Of a stretch of 53,165 bases of DNA, positions 12,010 to 24,484 are shown in pieces; the first letter of the stretch is position 1; the number at the start of each line of letters is the position of its first letter. The notes under the pieces were generated by a model. It was not told the DNA's origin. It made no database searches and worked only from the letters and a program-made list of their open reading frames with translations. Both the position numbers and the translations under genes were made by a program. The stretch is from Octopus bimaculoides (taxonomy: Eukaryota), in the NCBI RefSeq assembly GCF_001194135.2, contig NC_068989.1, positions 7,183,335-7,236,499 on the forward strand, given 5' to 3'.

Positions 12010-12182
12010 ATACATATATAGACGTAATGTGTGTATGTATATATATATATATATATATACATATATAGACGTAATGTGTGTATGTATATATATATATATA
12101 TATACATACATATATAGACGTAATGTGTGTATGTATATATATATATATATATATATACATATATAGACGTAATGTGTGTATG

Positions 12183-12213
<31 letters not shown>

Positions 12214-12221
12214 GTAATGTG

Positions 12222-12262
<41 letters not shown>

Positions 12263-12300
12263 GTAATGTGTGTATGTATATATATATATATATATGCACA
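12010..12300. repeat. Compound minisatellite: atacatatatagacgtaatgtgtgtatg + variable (TA)n
   Basis: Four full and two variant units of ~50 bp. Continues into the gap. Confidence 0.9.
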
Positions 12301-13532
12301 TTTATGTGTGTATATATATATATATATGCACATTTATATATATATCCCGTCTATGCGTGAGTATTAGTGCTATATGCACATACACACGCTTATATGAATG
12401 AATGCACATAATGTATGCATGTATGTAGGTAGTAACTTCGTAATGAGTTCCTTTAGGCAAAAATAATGACTTGACTCCAAAATGAAAAGATATAAAACAG
12501 CGTCTTTATGCTGTAAAGAAAAAAAATAACTTGAAGGAAGAATTGCTACGACCACTGAATCGATGTCGCCAACCACAACCATGTTCTTCAGAACGTTCAA
12601 GATTTTCAAGTCCAATAACATTAAGATTTATTCCTTAAGTCAAAAATTTCCAGAGTAAAAATAATTTATACCTTCTCTACATACGGTTTACCCGCTCCCC
12701 CCCCCCCNNNNNNNNNNNNNNNNNNNNNNNNNCCGCAAAAAAGACTACTGGCCTTGTGCCAAAATTTAAAACCGATTTTCAAGTGATTGAAATCGTGGAT
12801 CAACCTTATTAATATACTATTTTTTTTTTGTTTTTTTGTTTTTGTTTTGAATGACTGGATTATTGAACGATTGAACTTTAATCGATTGATTCGTGACAAA
12901 CGCCACTTCCCTTCCTTTCTGATGCTAAGCAGTTCACTTCAGCGATCAGTAAAGTTGATTGTTCTTGTAATATTCGTAATTCATTGAGCTTGTGTACTTT
13001 TACACAAAATTTCCGTCCCATTACATCAATCCGGGTCAACAGCCAATACTAATAAAACTGATGTATAAATAGGCTTTTGTTATTTTCCAAACGATTTTTT
13101 TCCCCTCTTAATACATTTCCAATGAATCAGATATTTTCATCCGCACAATTTTCTATTGCTCTTAGGAGCCTCTTGTTATAAGTGTCATAAGTGGCTTCTC
13201 TCTCTCTCACACATACACACACACACACACAAATCATAATCTAACCGTTAAAGTGTTCAATGACTAATTTTCTTAAAAAATGTAAAATAATATTTTAAAA
13301 GATATCAATGGATTTTTGGAATCGTTGTTGACCTGAAAACTTTATAACAAGTTTTCGAGATGTCTTCTTGAAAACCATTCCATATAGGTCAAGTTATAAT
13401 CCCATTAATGCATTCCTACTCGTGGTTTTCCGGCCGAGGCGTACACGTATGTTATGACACATAGACACAATAACACATAGACTCCAAACACATACACATT
13501 GACACAAATAGAAAAATTCAAAGCATATGCAT

Positions 13533-13570
<38 letters not shown>

Positions 13571-13575
13571 AAAAA

Positions 13576-14118
13576 TACGAGGGGGTACCCAAAAGAAACC
13601 AGAATTTTGCAATATTAACTTATTCACTTAGTTTTACGTTTAGCCTTTTATCGCCTACAAAGTATTCTCTATTTGAAGCAATGCAGCGGTCCAGATGCGT
13701 TTTCCACAATCTGAAGCAGTGCTAGAACTCTTCCGAAGTGAAACCTTTTAACGCCTCGGTCGTTTTTTTTCTTCTTCACCTCTTCCACATCTGCAAATTC
13801 CGTAGCTCCAGCTTTCGTCACCGGTTTCAGTTTGCGATACGCATCCAGCTGTGACTGCTTTTGATCTCTTGTGAGTAAGCGAGGCAGAAATTTTGCTACA
13901 ACTCTTCTCATTCGCAATTCCTCGCTCAAAATTCGTCGGACAGAACTCCTAGACACACCAGTCATAACAAGTTCGTGAACTGTTCAGTGACGGTCCTTCA
14001 AGATCCTGAACGTCCTAACAGCTGCGCCCAAACATCTCATTTCGTCCACAGAGACAAGACGCGAAAATAACTTCAGTGAAACACAGAAATCACACTAAAA
14101 GTTCAATATATCTCGTAC
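13576..14118 (-). mobile_element. Mariner remnant with catalytic domain deleted
   Basis: N-terminal GVSRSSVRRILSEELRMRRVVAKFLPRLLTRDQKQ is joined almost directly to C-terminal FADVEEVKKK/TTEAL..F..C...W..HLDRCIASNREYF. Left end is TACGAGGGGG, a mariner-like terminus. Confidence 0.85.
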
Positions 14119-14494
14119 AACAGACACTATATTGTTGCGGTTTCTTAAGCTTTTGTGATCGGTATTAAAACACGCACAGACAAATGTCAAGGATAATTTT
14201 GACAGCTTCGTCATATACTTACAAAAAAAAAAATTAGTTTTCTTCAGAAAAGTTAGATTACGAAAACTGACTTGCAATACCACAATATTTTTAGATTTAA
14301 GTAGGGGAGAGATAAACCAAAGTTTTTCTGTTACTGTAGTAGAAAAGAAATTATTCACGAACATTGACCAAAACGTATATTGAAGAATTCAATATGTCTG
14401 TTGTTCAATATGAGTACTGATAACTGTCAGAGAAATGGTTATCAGCGAAACACTCACCTTCACGTTTTAGTTATCAATAAATGAAATTCATCAT

Positions 14495-14725
14495 GGCGTC
14501 GAGCTGGCAGAAACGTTAGCACGCCGGGCGAAATGCTTAGCGGTATTTCGTCCGTCTTTACGTTCTGAGTTCAAATTCTGCGGAGGTCGACTTTGCCTTT
14601 CATCCTTTCGGGGTCGATAAATTAAGTACCAGTTACGCACTGAGGTCGATGTAATCGACTTAATCCCTTTGTCTGTCCTTGTTTGTCCCCTCTGTTTAGC
14701 CCCTTGTGGGCAATAGAGAAATAAG
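14495..14725 (+). mobile_element. SINE family B with tail type 1
   Basis: Full body plus ccctttgtctgtcc...ccccttgtgggcaatagagaaataag. Confidence 0.93.
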
Positions 14726-14912
14726 AATCGTTAGCACGCCGGGCGAAATGCTTAGCGGCATTTCGTCCGTCTTTACGTTCTGAGTTCAAATTCTGCCGAG
14801 GTCGACTTTGCCTTTTGTCCTTTCGGGGTCGATAAAATAAGTAGCAGTCGATCACTAAGGTCGATGTAATTGACTTATCCCCCCACCTCCTAAAATTGCA
14901 GGCCTTGTGTCA
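14726..14912 (+). mobile_element. SINE family B with tail type 2, in tandem with the previous copy
   Basis: Starts at aatcgttagcacg immediately after the previous tail and ends aaattgcaggccttgtgtc. Confidence 0.92.
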
Positions 14913-15156
14913 ATGAATAAAATTCACTGTCAGTTCTTCATCGTCAAAGACGTACGGAAACCCATCGTGAGAAAAGCCACAGAGCAGTCGAAGGTTTCTA
15001 AAATATTCGTGGATGCATTTTAACTCACGGAACTTCGGTTGACTCGAAGCTACTGTAAAAGCCATTTATCCAAACTGCTTCTTTTTGCAAAGAATCTTTA
15101 AAATTATGCCATTATGGAACACCTAAATTGATTGCATATAAGTATGTTTTTACCGT

Positions 15157-15536
15157 GGAGGCGCAATGGCCCAGAGGTTAGGGCAGCGGACTCGGAGCCG
15201 TAGGATCGTGACTTCGATTCCCAGACCGGGCGATGTGAGTGTTTATTGAGCGAAAACACCTAAAGCTCCACGAGGTTCCAGCAGGAGGTCGTGGTGAACC
15301 CTGCTGTACTCCTTCCACACAACTTTCTCTCACTCTTTCTTCCTGTTTCTGCTGTATCTGTATTTCAAAGGGCCAGCCTTGTCACACTCTGTCACGCTGA
15401 ATCTCCCCGAGAACTACGTTAAGGGTACCACGTGTCTGTGGAGTGCTAAGCCACATACACGTTAATTTTACGAGAGCAGGCTGTTCCGTTGATTGGATCA
15501 ACTGGAACCCTCGTCGTCATAATCGATGAAGTGCCA
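15157..15536 (+). mobile_element. SINE family A, full length
   Basis: tRNA-like head plus tail tgtatttcaaagggccagccttgtcacactc...ggatcaactggaaccctcgtc. Confidence 0.93.
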
Positions 15537-15949
15537 CGACGATATGTTTCTACCAATAATGTTTACGTTATAATTTTAAGTGATCTGTTCGATCTGAACT
15601 GGCTTGAGCTAAACAACTACGAAAACAATTTAAATTTTATATTCTTCACCAGTCGTAAACAACATACAAGCGAAATCTTCACTCGTAAACAGCACTGAAT
15701 TAAAATCATGCATGCGTAGATACATGAAATTCAATCACACATACATTTATAGGTGAACGGTTGGATGTTGTGAGACTGCACGGCAGAAACAAGTGCGTGA
15801 ATGTCAAACTTGAAACTCTTTTAAATTTTTTGTCGATAAAATGATATTAACCGCGGGGAGAAGACATTATACATAATCTTATGATGTAAACAATTTTTTT
15901 TAATCAAAGTTAAATATATATATATAAATAAATAAATAAAAGCTAATAA

Positions 15950-16169
15950 TATTGATTTCAAATTTTGGCACAGGACCAGCAGTTTCAGAGGAAGGTATAA
16001 GTCCATTAGATTGACCTAAGTGTTTAACTGGTACTTATTTTATCGACCCCCGGAAGGATGAAGGGTAAAGTTGACCTCGGCGGAATTTGAACTCAGAGCG
16101 TAAAGACGGACGAATTGCCGCTAAGCATTTTGCCTGGCGTGTTAACGATTCTGCCAGCTCGCTGCCTTT
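15950..16169 (-). mobile_element. SINE family B (left arm of hairpin)
   Basis: Complete reverse-complement copy with tail type 2. Confidence 0.93.
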
Positions 16170-16194
16170 AAAACTAATAGTATTAATCGTTATC

Positions 16195-16306
16195 TAAGGC
16201 GGCGAGCTGGCAGAAACGTTAACACGCCAGGCAAAATGCTTAGCGGCAATTCGTCCGTCTTTACGCTCTGAGTTCAAATTCCGCCGAGGTCGACTTTGCC
16301 TTTCAT
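16195..16306 (+). mobile_element. SINE family B, 3'-truncated (right arm of hairpin)
   Basis: 16217-16291 is the exact reverse complement of 16073-16147. Confidence 0.93.
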
Positions 16307-16880
16307 GAAATTTTGCGAATCGATGCTGGAGATGATTGAAAACAAAACCTTCATTACACGTTTAATTTTCAATGATGAAGCGACTGTTTGCTTGAGCGCA
16401 ACAGTCAATCGTTACAATCTGCGTATTTGGGGAACAGAGCACCCACATGAAACAGTTGGGCACGAAAGAGATTCCCCTAAGGTAAACGTCTTTTGTGCTG
16501 TGTCTCGGGAAAAGGCTTATGGTCCTTTTTCTTTGAATGAAACACCGTTACAGGACAAATCTATCTTGAAATACTTCAAAACTGGCTCTTCACTTCACTG
16601 CAAGCAGATTCGCATGACTTTATTTTTCAACAAGATGGAGCACTGCCCCCGTGGGCATCTGATGGTTCGAACCTTTTTAGATGAAAAAGTGCCCCAGCGA
16701 TGGATTGGTCGGAAAGGAACCCAACACCTTGCTCTTTGTGCTTAGTCTGCGAGATCCCCAGACCTCACCGTGTGTGATTTTTTTTTTTTTCTTGTGGGCA
16801 TATGTAAAAGATCTCGTTTATGTTCCACCGCTAACCACTAACCTCGATAAATTTTTAAAAAATTCTCCACACCCTAATTA
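16307..16880 (+). mobile_element. Tc1/mariner-superfamily transposase remnant (DD37D/Tc3-like type)
   Basis: RLIFNDEATV...VNRYNLRIWGTEHPHE...RDSPKVNVFCAVS...GPF...FLDEKVPQRWIGR...(P)RSPDLT.CDFFLWAYVKDLVYVPP, with frameshifts. Confidence 0.9.
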
Positions 16881-18024
16881 ACAAAGAACTTTCTAGATCA
16901 ACGAACTAAAATTTATATTATTAAAAAATAAATTAAACTGAGTAGAACTAACAGTGAAGTTATTCTTTTTTCTTTTTTCAAATATACCCAACTGTACCAA
17001 CGATCTCACACATTTTCCAATATACATATATATAACTATGTATACAGTTTGGTAAACACTACATATTTTTTTAAAGCGATTTATAGTTTCATGTAATGAA
17101 AACCACAAACAGCATTTTATAACATGCCTGGTGCTTTCGTACAATCTTTGGGCTGTTATTCACATGGTATATACAAGCTAAAACAGGACGATAAAATCCG
17201 TGTCTGTCTGTTTGCGCGCGCGCGTGTACCAAATAAGGCTCAATAGATACAACCGGTTAACACATTTCAGACATTATTTAGTGACAATTAGAACAACAAT
17301 AAAAAGAAACCTGACAAACATACAAACAAATGTCCAAGTTATGAAAGGACATTGTTGACAAAAAATTCTAATTATCATTATAATCTTTATTCTTATTATT
17401 ACTTTTTTTAACTTTCCTTTGTCAGTGGTTTTAATTACAGTGTCTTTGTCTTTCTAACAGTAATTAAACGTATTAAATGTACTATTATAAATATTTCGTA
17501 TGTGCGCCATAATAGCTTCCTTTTAACAGCCAAGTCCGAGTAATTTCTTAGATTCTCATAATGTCTATATGACATTACGATCACATTATATTGAATCGAT
17601 AAGTCATTTTAAAGGTATTATTGTAGCTTTTCTCGTGCATAGTTATATTACATAATGACGAAAGCCGCAGAAACTAATGGCAAGCTATGTCGGGAAAAAT
17701 AATTTACTGAAGTTCTCAAATTTGTGTAATTTTATACGCTGTAAAGAGACAAACGTGAATCCTGACAAACGGCTTTGCTTGAAACGTCACGAACGTTGTC
17801 AAAATTTGCGAAAATTGCCAATCCTATTAATTAACTTTTCTATTGGTTTTCTGTCCTTTTTTGTCTTTTTTTTTTTAATCTTTATGCATACGCAACGGAT
17901 CAGCCTGCGTGCTGAAATTCCACATTGCTGAAGGATTATCATTTCCTCAAGATAGAGATTGCGTAGCTGTCATTAAAGATTTATGAAAGATGTATAACAT
18001 TGACCATCGACTCGTGATATATGT

Positions 18025-18145
18025 ATGTATGTCATTGTTCAGTTTCATTTCAATATTTCTTGCCAATAAAGAGCCGGTTTCTAACCCAGATCCAAGGCTA
18101 CTTCATTGGAATTTCAACATCAACAACAGCATTTTTGTTTGTATG
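18025..18145 (+). repeat. ~120-bp unclassified interspersed repeat (family E)
   Basis: atgtcattgttcagttt...ggtttctaacccagatccaagg...ggaatttcaacatcaacaac. Second copy at 34897. Confidence 0.85.
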
Positions 18146-18164
18146 TATGTATGCATGTACGAGT

Positions 18165-18555
18165 GGAGGCGCAATGGCCCAGTGGTTAGGGCAGCGGACT
18201 CGCGGTCGTAGGATCGCGGTTTCGATTCCCAGACCAGGCGTTGTGGGTGTTTACTGAGCAAAAACACCTAAAGCTCCACGAGGCTCCGGCAGAGGGTGGT
18301 GGTGAACCCTGCTGTACTCTTTAACCACAACATTCTCTCATTCTTTCTTCTTGTTTCTGTTGTACCTGTATTTCAAAGGGTCAGCCTTGTCACACTCTGT
18401 GTCACGTCGAATCTCCCCCCCCCCCCGAGAACTACGTTAAGGGTACACGTGTCTGTGGAGTGCTTAGCCACTTGCACGTCAATTTAACGGGCAGGCTGTT
18501 CCGTTGATCGGATCAACTGGAACCTTCGACGTCGTAACCGGCGGAATGCCAACAC
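18165..18555 (+). mobile_element. SINE family A, full length
   Basis: Near-identical to 15157 and ends in (CA)n. Confidence 0.95.
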
Positions 18556-19305
18556 ACACACACACACACGCACACGCACACGCACGCACACGTACATATG
18601 TATGTATGGTTGTATGTCTACTTATGGAGATATAGACGGAAGTGGATTTGCACATGCATGTATATGTTTGGAAACACGCATTCTGATTGTGTGTGTGGGT
18701 GTGCTGGTGATTGACTGTGAAGACCACTTCAAGGCACGTAAAAATATTTTTACAATAGAACATTTAGCAATGGAAATATCAATAAAAGTTTAAATAGAAA
18801 ACTGCATAAAAAAAAACGAAAACAGAAAGATAGTGAAGCGTACAAGAAAATACAGAATCTGACAGTCTGCCGCAAACACTCTTCCCCGTCTCCCTTTATC
18901 TCTCTTTCTTTCTCTCTTTCTCTCTTTCTCTCTCTCTCTCTCTGTCTAAATTACGTTGTTGTGGTTGTCGTTGTAAAAATAAAGGCTACAATTTGTTGGG
19001 GATTTATTAAATTTATTGCAACCTAAATCTCTCAATCAAAATTAACGTGTGATTTTGGACTTGGTTCAGGAAATTAACGCCTTTCGTCTCTTCTACTTGA
19101 TAACCTGTAACAGAGTTAAAGCGTGTGTGAGATGGAGAACTGGAGAGAGGCGGGGAAGTAGTGGCAATGATGACGACGATACGACGACGACGATGATGGA
19201 TGGATATTCAGCAGGGGGGAGGGGAGAATATAACGGAAGGAACAAGACAAAATGTGGAAGACGATTGGAAGATTTAGTAAATGTCTCCACTCCGAACAAC
19301 ATCAG

Positions 19306-19337
<32 letters not shown>

Positions 19338-19625
19338 TTTGTATATCTTCTTCAGTTTTCAATGAAAGAAACAAATCAAAGAGTTAATATGTAGAATATA
19401 TTGAAATATTTGATTAGGTTGTGCGGCTTTCGTCACAAACTAATATTGATTAGAGTGAGACATGAATAGACGGGAACCAATTCCTATATTACATTCCATT
19501 ACAATACAACACTACACCGGCGCCAAAGAGGGGAGCAGACACGGTGTAGTCGCCTGACTTGCTAAAAATAGCCGACAGATTCTCTCAAAGCAAATCTTAC
19601 TGTCATAAAATAGGATATAGATGTT

Positions 19626-19862
19626 TCTTATTTATTTATTGTCCACAAGGGGCTAAACATAGAGGGGACAAACAAGGACACACAAACGGATTAAGTCGAT
19701 TATATCTACCCTGGTGCGTAACTGGTACTTATTTAATCGACCCCGAAAGGATGAAAGGCAAAGTTGACCTCGGCGGAATTTGAACTCAGAACGTAGCGGC
19801 AGACGAAATACCACAAAGCATTTCGCCCGGCGTGTTAACGTTTCTGCCAGCTCGCTGCCTTA
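19626..19862 (-). mobile_element. SINE family B with tail type 1
   Basis: Reverse complement of the 14495-type copy. Confidence 0.92.
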
Positions 19863-19899
19863 TTGAAGTTTCTTGCATATTGAAGTTTGGATATCCAGT

Positions 19900-19985
19900 C
19901 CAGGGGACGATTTCTTCGACTAAAAGGCGGTGCTCCAGCATGGCCGCAGTCAAAATGACTGAAACCAGTCAAAGAATAAAAGATA
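19900..19985 (+). mobile_element. SINE family C 3' tail
   Basis: ttcgactaaaaggcggtgctccagcatggccgcagtcaaaatgactgaaac. Confidence 0.8.
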
Positions 19986-20094
19986 TATAGTTAATTAAAA
20001 AGCGGAGAGAAAAGCCAACAAGAAAAAAAAAACAACGTGACGGTGTAGCACATGCAAAGTATTAATACGACGCTCATGGTAGGAAAGAGTGGTT

Positions 20095-20129
20095 GTTTTA
20101 TGTTTCGAGCATAGCTCTTCGTTGAAAAC
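20095..20129 (-). ncRNA. Degenerate minimal hammerhead-like motif (probably inactive)
   Basis: Minus strand GUUU-UCAACGA-A-GAGC-UAU-GCUC-GAAAC-AUA-AAAC. Stems I and II and GAAAC are intact; CUGANGA and GUH are mutated. Confidence 0.45.
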
Positions 20130-20639
20130 GGGAGACATAGGAAAGTCCAAAAGAAAAGGAAGGGGGGGGGGGGGAAATCATCAACAGTCTCCGTGTGTGT
20201 GTGTGTGTGTATATATATAAATAAAATATGTATGCATAGAGAGACAGACTTGAAACTTAAAGTAATGCATTTTCCAATCGGGCATTTAACGCAAATATAC
20301 TTCTGTCTGTGTATGTGACCATACGTGTGTCTGTCTGTATGTATGTATGTGTCTAGCTGTAAGTGTATATGTGTGTTTATATGCATTATGAACGTATAGT
20401 ACACAAATGTATAACACTTAGTGGCACCGTTCTGTTATTCCTGTTTTTGTAGTTGTCTGAGTTATTGTTGCTTGTAATGTTAAAGCGATTTTTGCTTTTT
20501 CGAGTGCAGAAATATTGTATCAAATTGTTTAATGCCATAGTTTGCTCTTACTTCAATGATTGCTTATATGCAATTATGTACGTAAGAGTATGTGTGTTAG
20601 TAAGTGCATGTATTTGAATATCTAGTTTGTAGTTTGTCC

Positions 20640-21058
20640 GTCGATGCGACGAAGACCATCTAGTCATCCTGGGGTGGGGTGGGCTTGTTTTGTGAGTCCG
20701 CAGATGGTTAGTGAGGTCAATCTGCACCCAAAAGAGTCTTTGACAGTATGGACAGGGAACGGTAACGCCTGCTACAGGGTTGTTAGCTCTGTTCTTCCTG
20801 GCTTGTCTGCGGTCTTCTGCAGCAGCGATCCTATTGGTCTCGCATGTGTTGGCACCCTTGTGGACAGCTGATCGCCATCTTTCTCTGTCTAGAGCTCCTA
20901 AGTGTCATGGTCGATGTGGAAGGCTTTTAGTGAGGCTTTCAGTGTGTCCTTAAAGCGCTTCTTCTGGCCGCCTTATGAGCGCTTTCCCTTTTGTAGCTCG
21001 CCAAAGAGCAATCTTTTTGGTATTCGATCATCTGACATGCGAGCTACGTGCCCTGAAC
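20640..21058 (-). mobile_element. RTE-BovB-like LINE 3' end
   Basis: GHVARMSDDRIPKRLLFGELQKGKRS.GGQKKRFKDTLKASLK...CPYCQRLF...DLTNHLRTH (terminal C2H2 finger), with a few stops and frameshifts. Confidence 0.9.
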
Positions 21059-21328
21059 GTGTATTTACTTAAGTACACGCATAGGTATATCATACATAAA
21101 TATATTCCAACGAGCTGAGTTCGTTTTTCATACGGTGATGCTTGCTAAGGAGAATTAAGGCGGTATATCCAATTCTTCATTATACAGCTTTGAGCTGTGA
21201 AGATTTGTTAATCTTTACTCGTTTGCCCGATTTCTGTTCGTCCGTTGTGTATTTCAGTGTAATTCGGTGGTTTAGTTAAGGACTTTGCTCTTCGTTCTAA
21301 CAAGTATGCGCCTCGTGTGCCCTCTATG

Positions 21329-21378
<50 letters not shown>

Positions 21379-21649
21379 ACACATCTATAATTATCTGCCT
21401 GTCCTGCGGCCACACGGTTTTCTTTTTTTTTGTATATTTTATTTTTGTTGCGTTTGTTTTCGTCACCGTCCTATACGTTTGTTGACTGTTCCCTGTGGCT
21501 TTTCGCCACTGGAGCCACAAAAAGTGATCAATATCAACGTTAAAGGCGTGAAATTGTGATGATCTTTTGGGCATTGATTGATGAGGAATTAGCTACGAAT
21601 TTTCTGTTTTCGTGAAATTTTCCGTTTGTTGGGTTTTTTATTAAATGTT

Positions 21650-22050
<401 letters not shown>

Positions 22051-22061
22051 ATGTACGTGTA

Positions 22062-22897
22062 TACAAGGGTTGGACAAAATAATGGAAATACCTTAAAATT
22101 TCAGACAAATTTATTCTAATATGGGGTAGGATCGCCTTTGGAAGTAATTACAGCTTGAATTCTACGAGGTATGAACTCGTACAAAGTTTGAATTGTTTTC
22201 AAAGGAATGTTTGTCCATTTTTCAGCTAAAACAGTCTCCAGTTCTTGTGGTGATGATGGTGGAGGATATCGACTCCTTACTTGTTTTTCTAAAATGCAAC
22301 ATAAATGTTCAATAATATTCAGATATGGCGACTGTGGTGGCCAGATAAGTTGTTCAACTTCACTAGAATGTTCCTCGTGCCATTCTGTAACAACTTTAGC
22401 TGTGTGAATTGGTGCATTATCAATGGAAACTGGGATTTTGAGGTGGTCATTAATCTCTGCAGTAATTTTGGGAGCTGTACTTTTGTGATTCTTTCTAACA
22501 ATTCACGTAAGAGTCCGACGGTCCCTCTCTGAAAGTTTTGGTTTTCTTCCGGAGTTTTGTTTCAACGAGGAGGTTTTTCCCTCTTTCTCAAAGGCTATCA
22601 TTACTTTCGAGACAGTACTTCTTGATGCACCAAACAATTCGGCTGTTTTCATTACGCTAGCACCTGCCATACGAGCACCAACAATTTGACTTCTTTGAAA
22701 GTCCGATAAATCTGTGATTCTAATGAATTTTAATTACCTTTTTCTGATGATATCTGAAAAGAAACAGCAATTTTAGCAAAACATATTAAGCAACACTAAT
22801 AATAAATAAATAAATAAACATAAACAGGCTTTTGACGGTTTTATAGATATTTCAAATATTTTATAGATATTTCCATTTATTTTATCCAGCCCCCACA
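22062..22897 (-). mobile_element. Internally deleted Tc1 element with both TIRs
   Basis: TIRs caagggttggacaaaataatggaaata and its imperfect reverse complement at ~22868-22897. Translation DLSDFQRSQIVGARMAGAS...GRKPKLSERDRR (HTH) is joined to WPPQSPYLNIIEHL...ITSKGDPTPY. Confidence 0.92.
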
Positions 22898-23754
22898 TAT
22901 GTATTCTTCATAAGGACTTTAACAAACTTTCGCGTGGACGTGGGATAATTGTTTTGAATTATCTAATCATAGTTTTATTTGCTTCGAGATCCACCATTTC
23001 AAAGCAAGAAACGAAATAATTTGCACATGCGCGGTTGTGCGTGTTTTAAGTGAGCTGTTGTGTGCATCAGTTTTAAATTCCTATAACTTCGTATGATTTC
23101 AATTGAAAGTGGAGCAATGGGCGAGATAGTTCCATAGTCCTTGGTAGTAAACTCGTCGTTAACTAACGAAACCATAAATTTTTTTCTAGCTTTCAATTTC
23201 CGACATCTAAAACCATATAAGCCTTTGGATACAAAAGTAATCTATGACGGTTGGCGGTCGTTCTCATTGATATGTTTGAAAATATTAAGACTGAAGTAGA
23301 ATAAAAGATGTGAGGTGTGGCTTAAGTTTTCTTAGTAAAACAGTCGATTCTGGAGAAACTAGTGATGTTTCGCGTCGGAAAATATTAATAAAGAGTTCAA
23401 TCAATATAATATATTATGCTGTTTGGAAGAGGGAAAATCTGGTCACTTTTTGCCTCGTGGCATAAAATTAACTTCACCCTTTGAAAACTTAAGTTTGAGA
23501 CAACTCTTAGACATTTTATATCTATCAACAGAGAAAAAAAACGCACAGACGTGCGTGCACGCACACACACATACTGGTGTATGTATATATGTATGAAGGA
23601 GTGTGCGTGCTTGCATGTGTGTGTATGTGTATATTGTGTGTGTGTGTGTGTGTGTAAAACCAGCAAAAACGCGCAATGAAGATAAATAAAATAAATAATT
23701 GCAGAATGTGTGTCGTTGGGGAAAAACAATAAATTATAACGAAATTCTTCCACT

Positions 23755-24295
23755 AACATTTCACAGTTGGGGTCTATATACAATGGAAACTGTGCCAGCA
23801 CCACGGAATGACAACAGGAAAAAAAGTTGGTAAAGGAATATTCCAGAAAAGGTCTCAGAAAATGACTAAGCAACCCCATACAATGGGCTGTGCCAATACA
23901 CACATAGAGATCAAGGTTAATAGACCAGATATTGTTGTCATGGATATTGTGGTTGTAAAAAAAAAATGTTTTTTAATCGACATATTAGTTCCAACAGATA
24001 ACAATGTATCTCCAAAAGAAACGGAGACGCTCCCGAAATGGAAAGATCAAGAAATAGAGATAACCCGGATGTGGAGGGGGGGGGGCAGAAGACAGATAAT
24101 CCTTATAATAATAGAAGCATTGGGCATCGTTAAAATAGACAAACACATAGACTAACGAATGTATATAACGTACAGAAACTATCAATGCTAGGTACCACGC
24201 ATCTTTTAATGCAATAAAAATATCACCAAAACACACCACAGCACATACCCGAGGCACACAGAGCTGCGCTCGGTAGTGCGGTGAAGGCACGTGAT
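23755..24295 (+). mobile_element. R4/Dong-type non-LTR retrotransposon 3' fragment (RLE endonuclease + 3'UTR)
   Basis: VGVYIQWKLCQHHG...VNRPDIVV...CFLIDILVPTDNNV..KE.E.L.KWKDQEIEITRMW...IIIEALG. 3'UTR shared with 51934. Ends in (TAA)n. Confidence 0.9.
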
Positions 24296-24446
24296 TATAA
24301 TAATAATAATAATAGTAATATCATCAGTATATATTAATGTAATTTTTATGTCTATGTATAACACTTTTTGGCTTTTACATATATAAAATATTATATACCT
24401 GTCAGTGAACGAGTTATAGAATACTTATATGATATATATATATATA

Positions 24447-24484
<38 letters not shown>

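Noticed and set aside
12010-12300. CRISPR-like repeat/spacer appearance
   Set aside because: Spacers are (TA)n, the context is eukaryotic, and there are no cas genes.
15157-15230. tRNA-like sequences at SINE heads (families A, C, D and 43349-43420)
   Set aside because: They have A/B boxes but continue into SINE bodies, and I could not fold a complete cloverleaf. Not called as tRNA genes.
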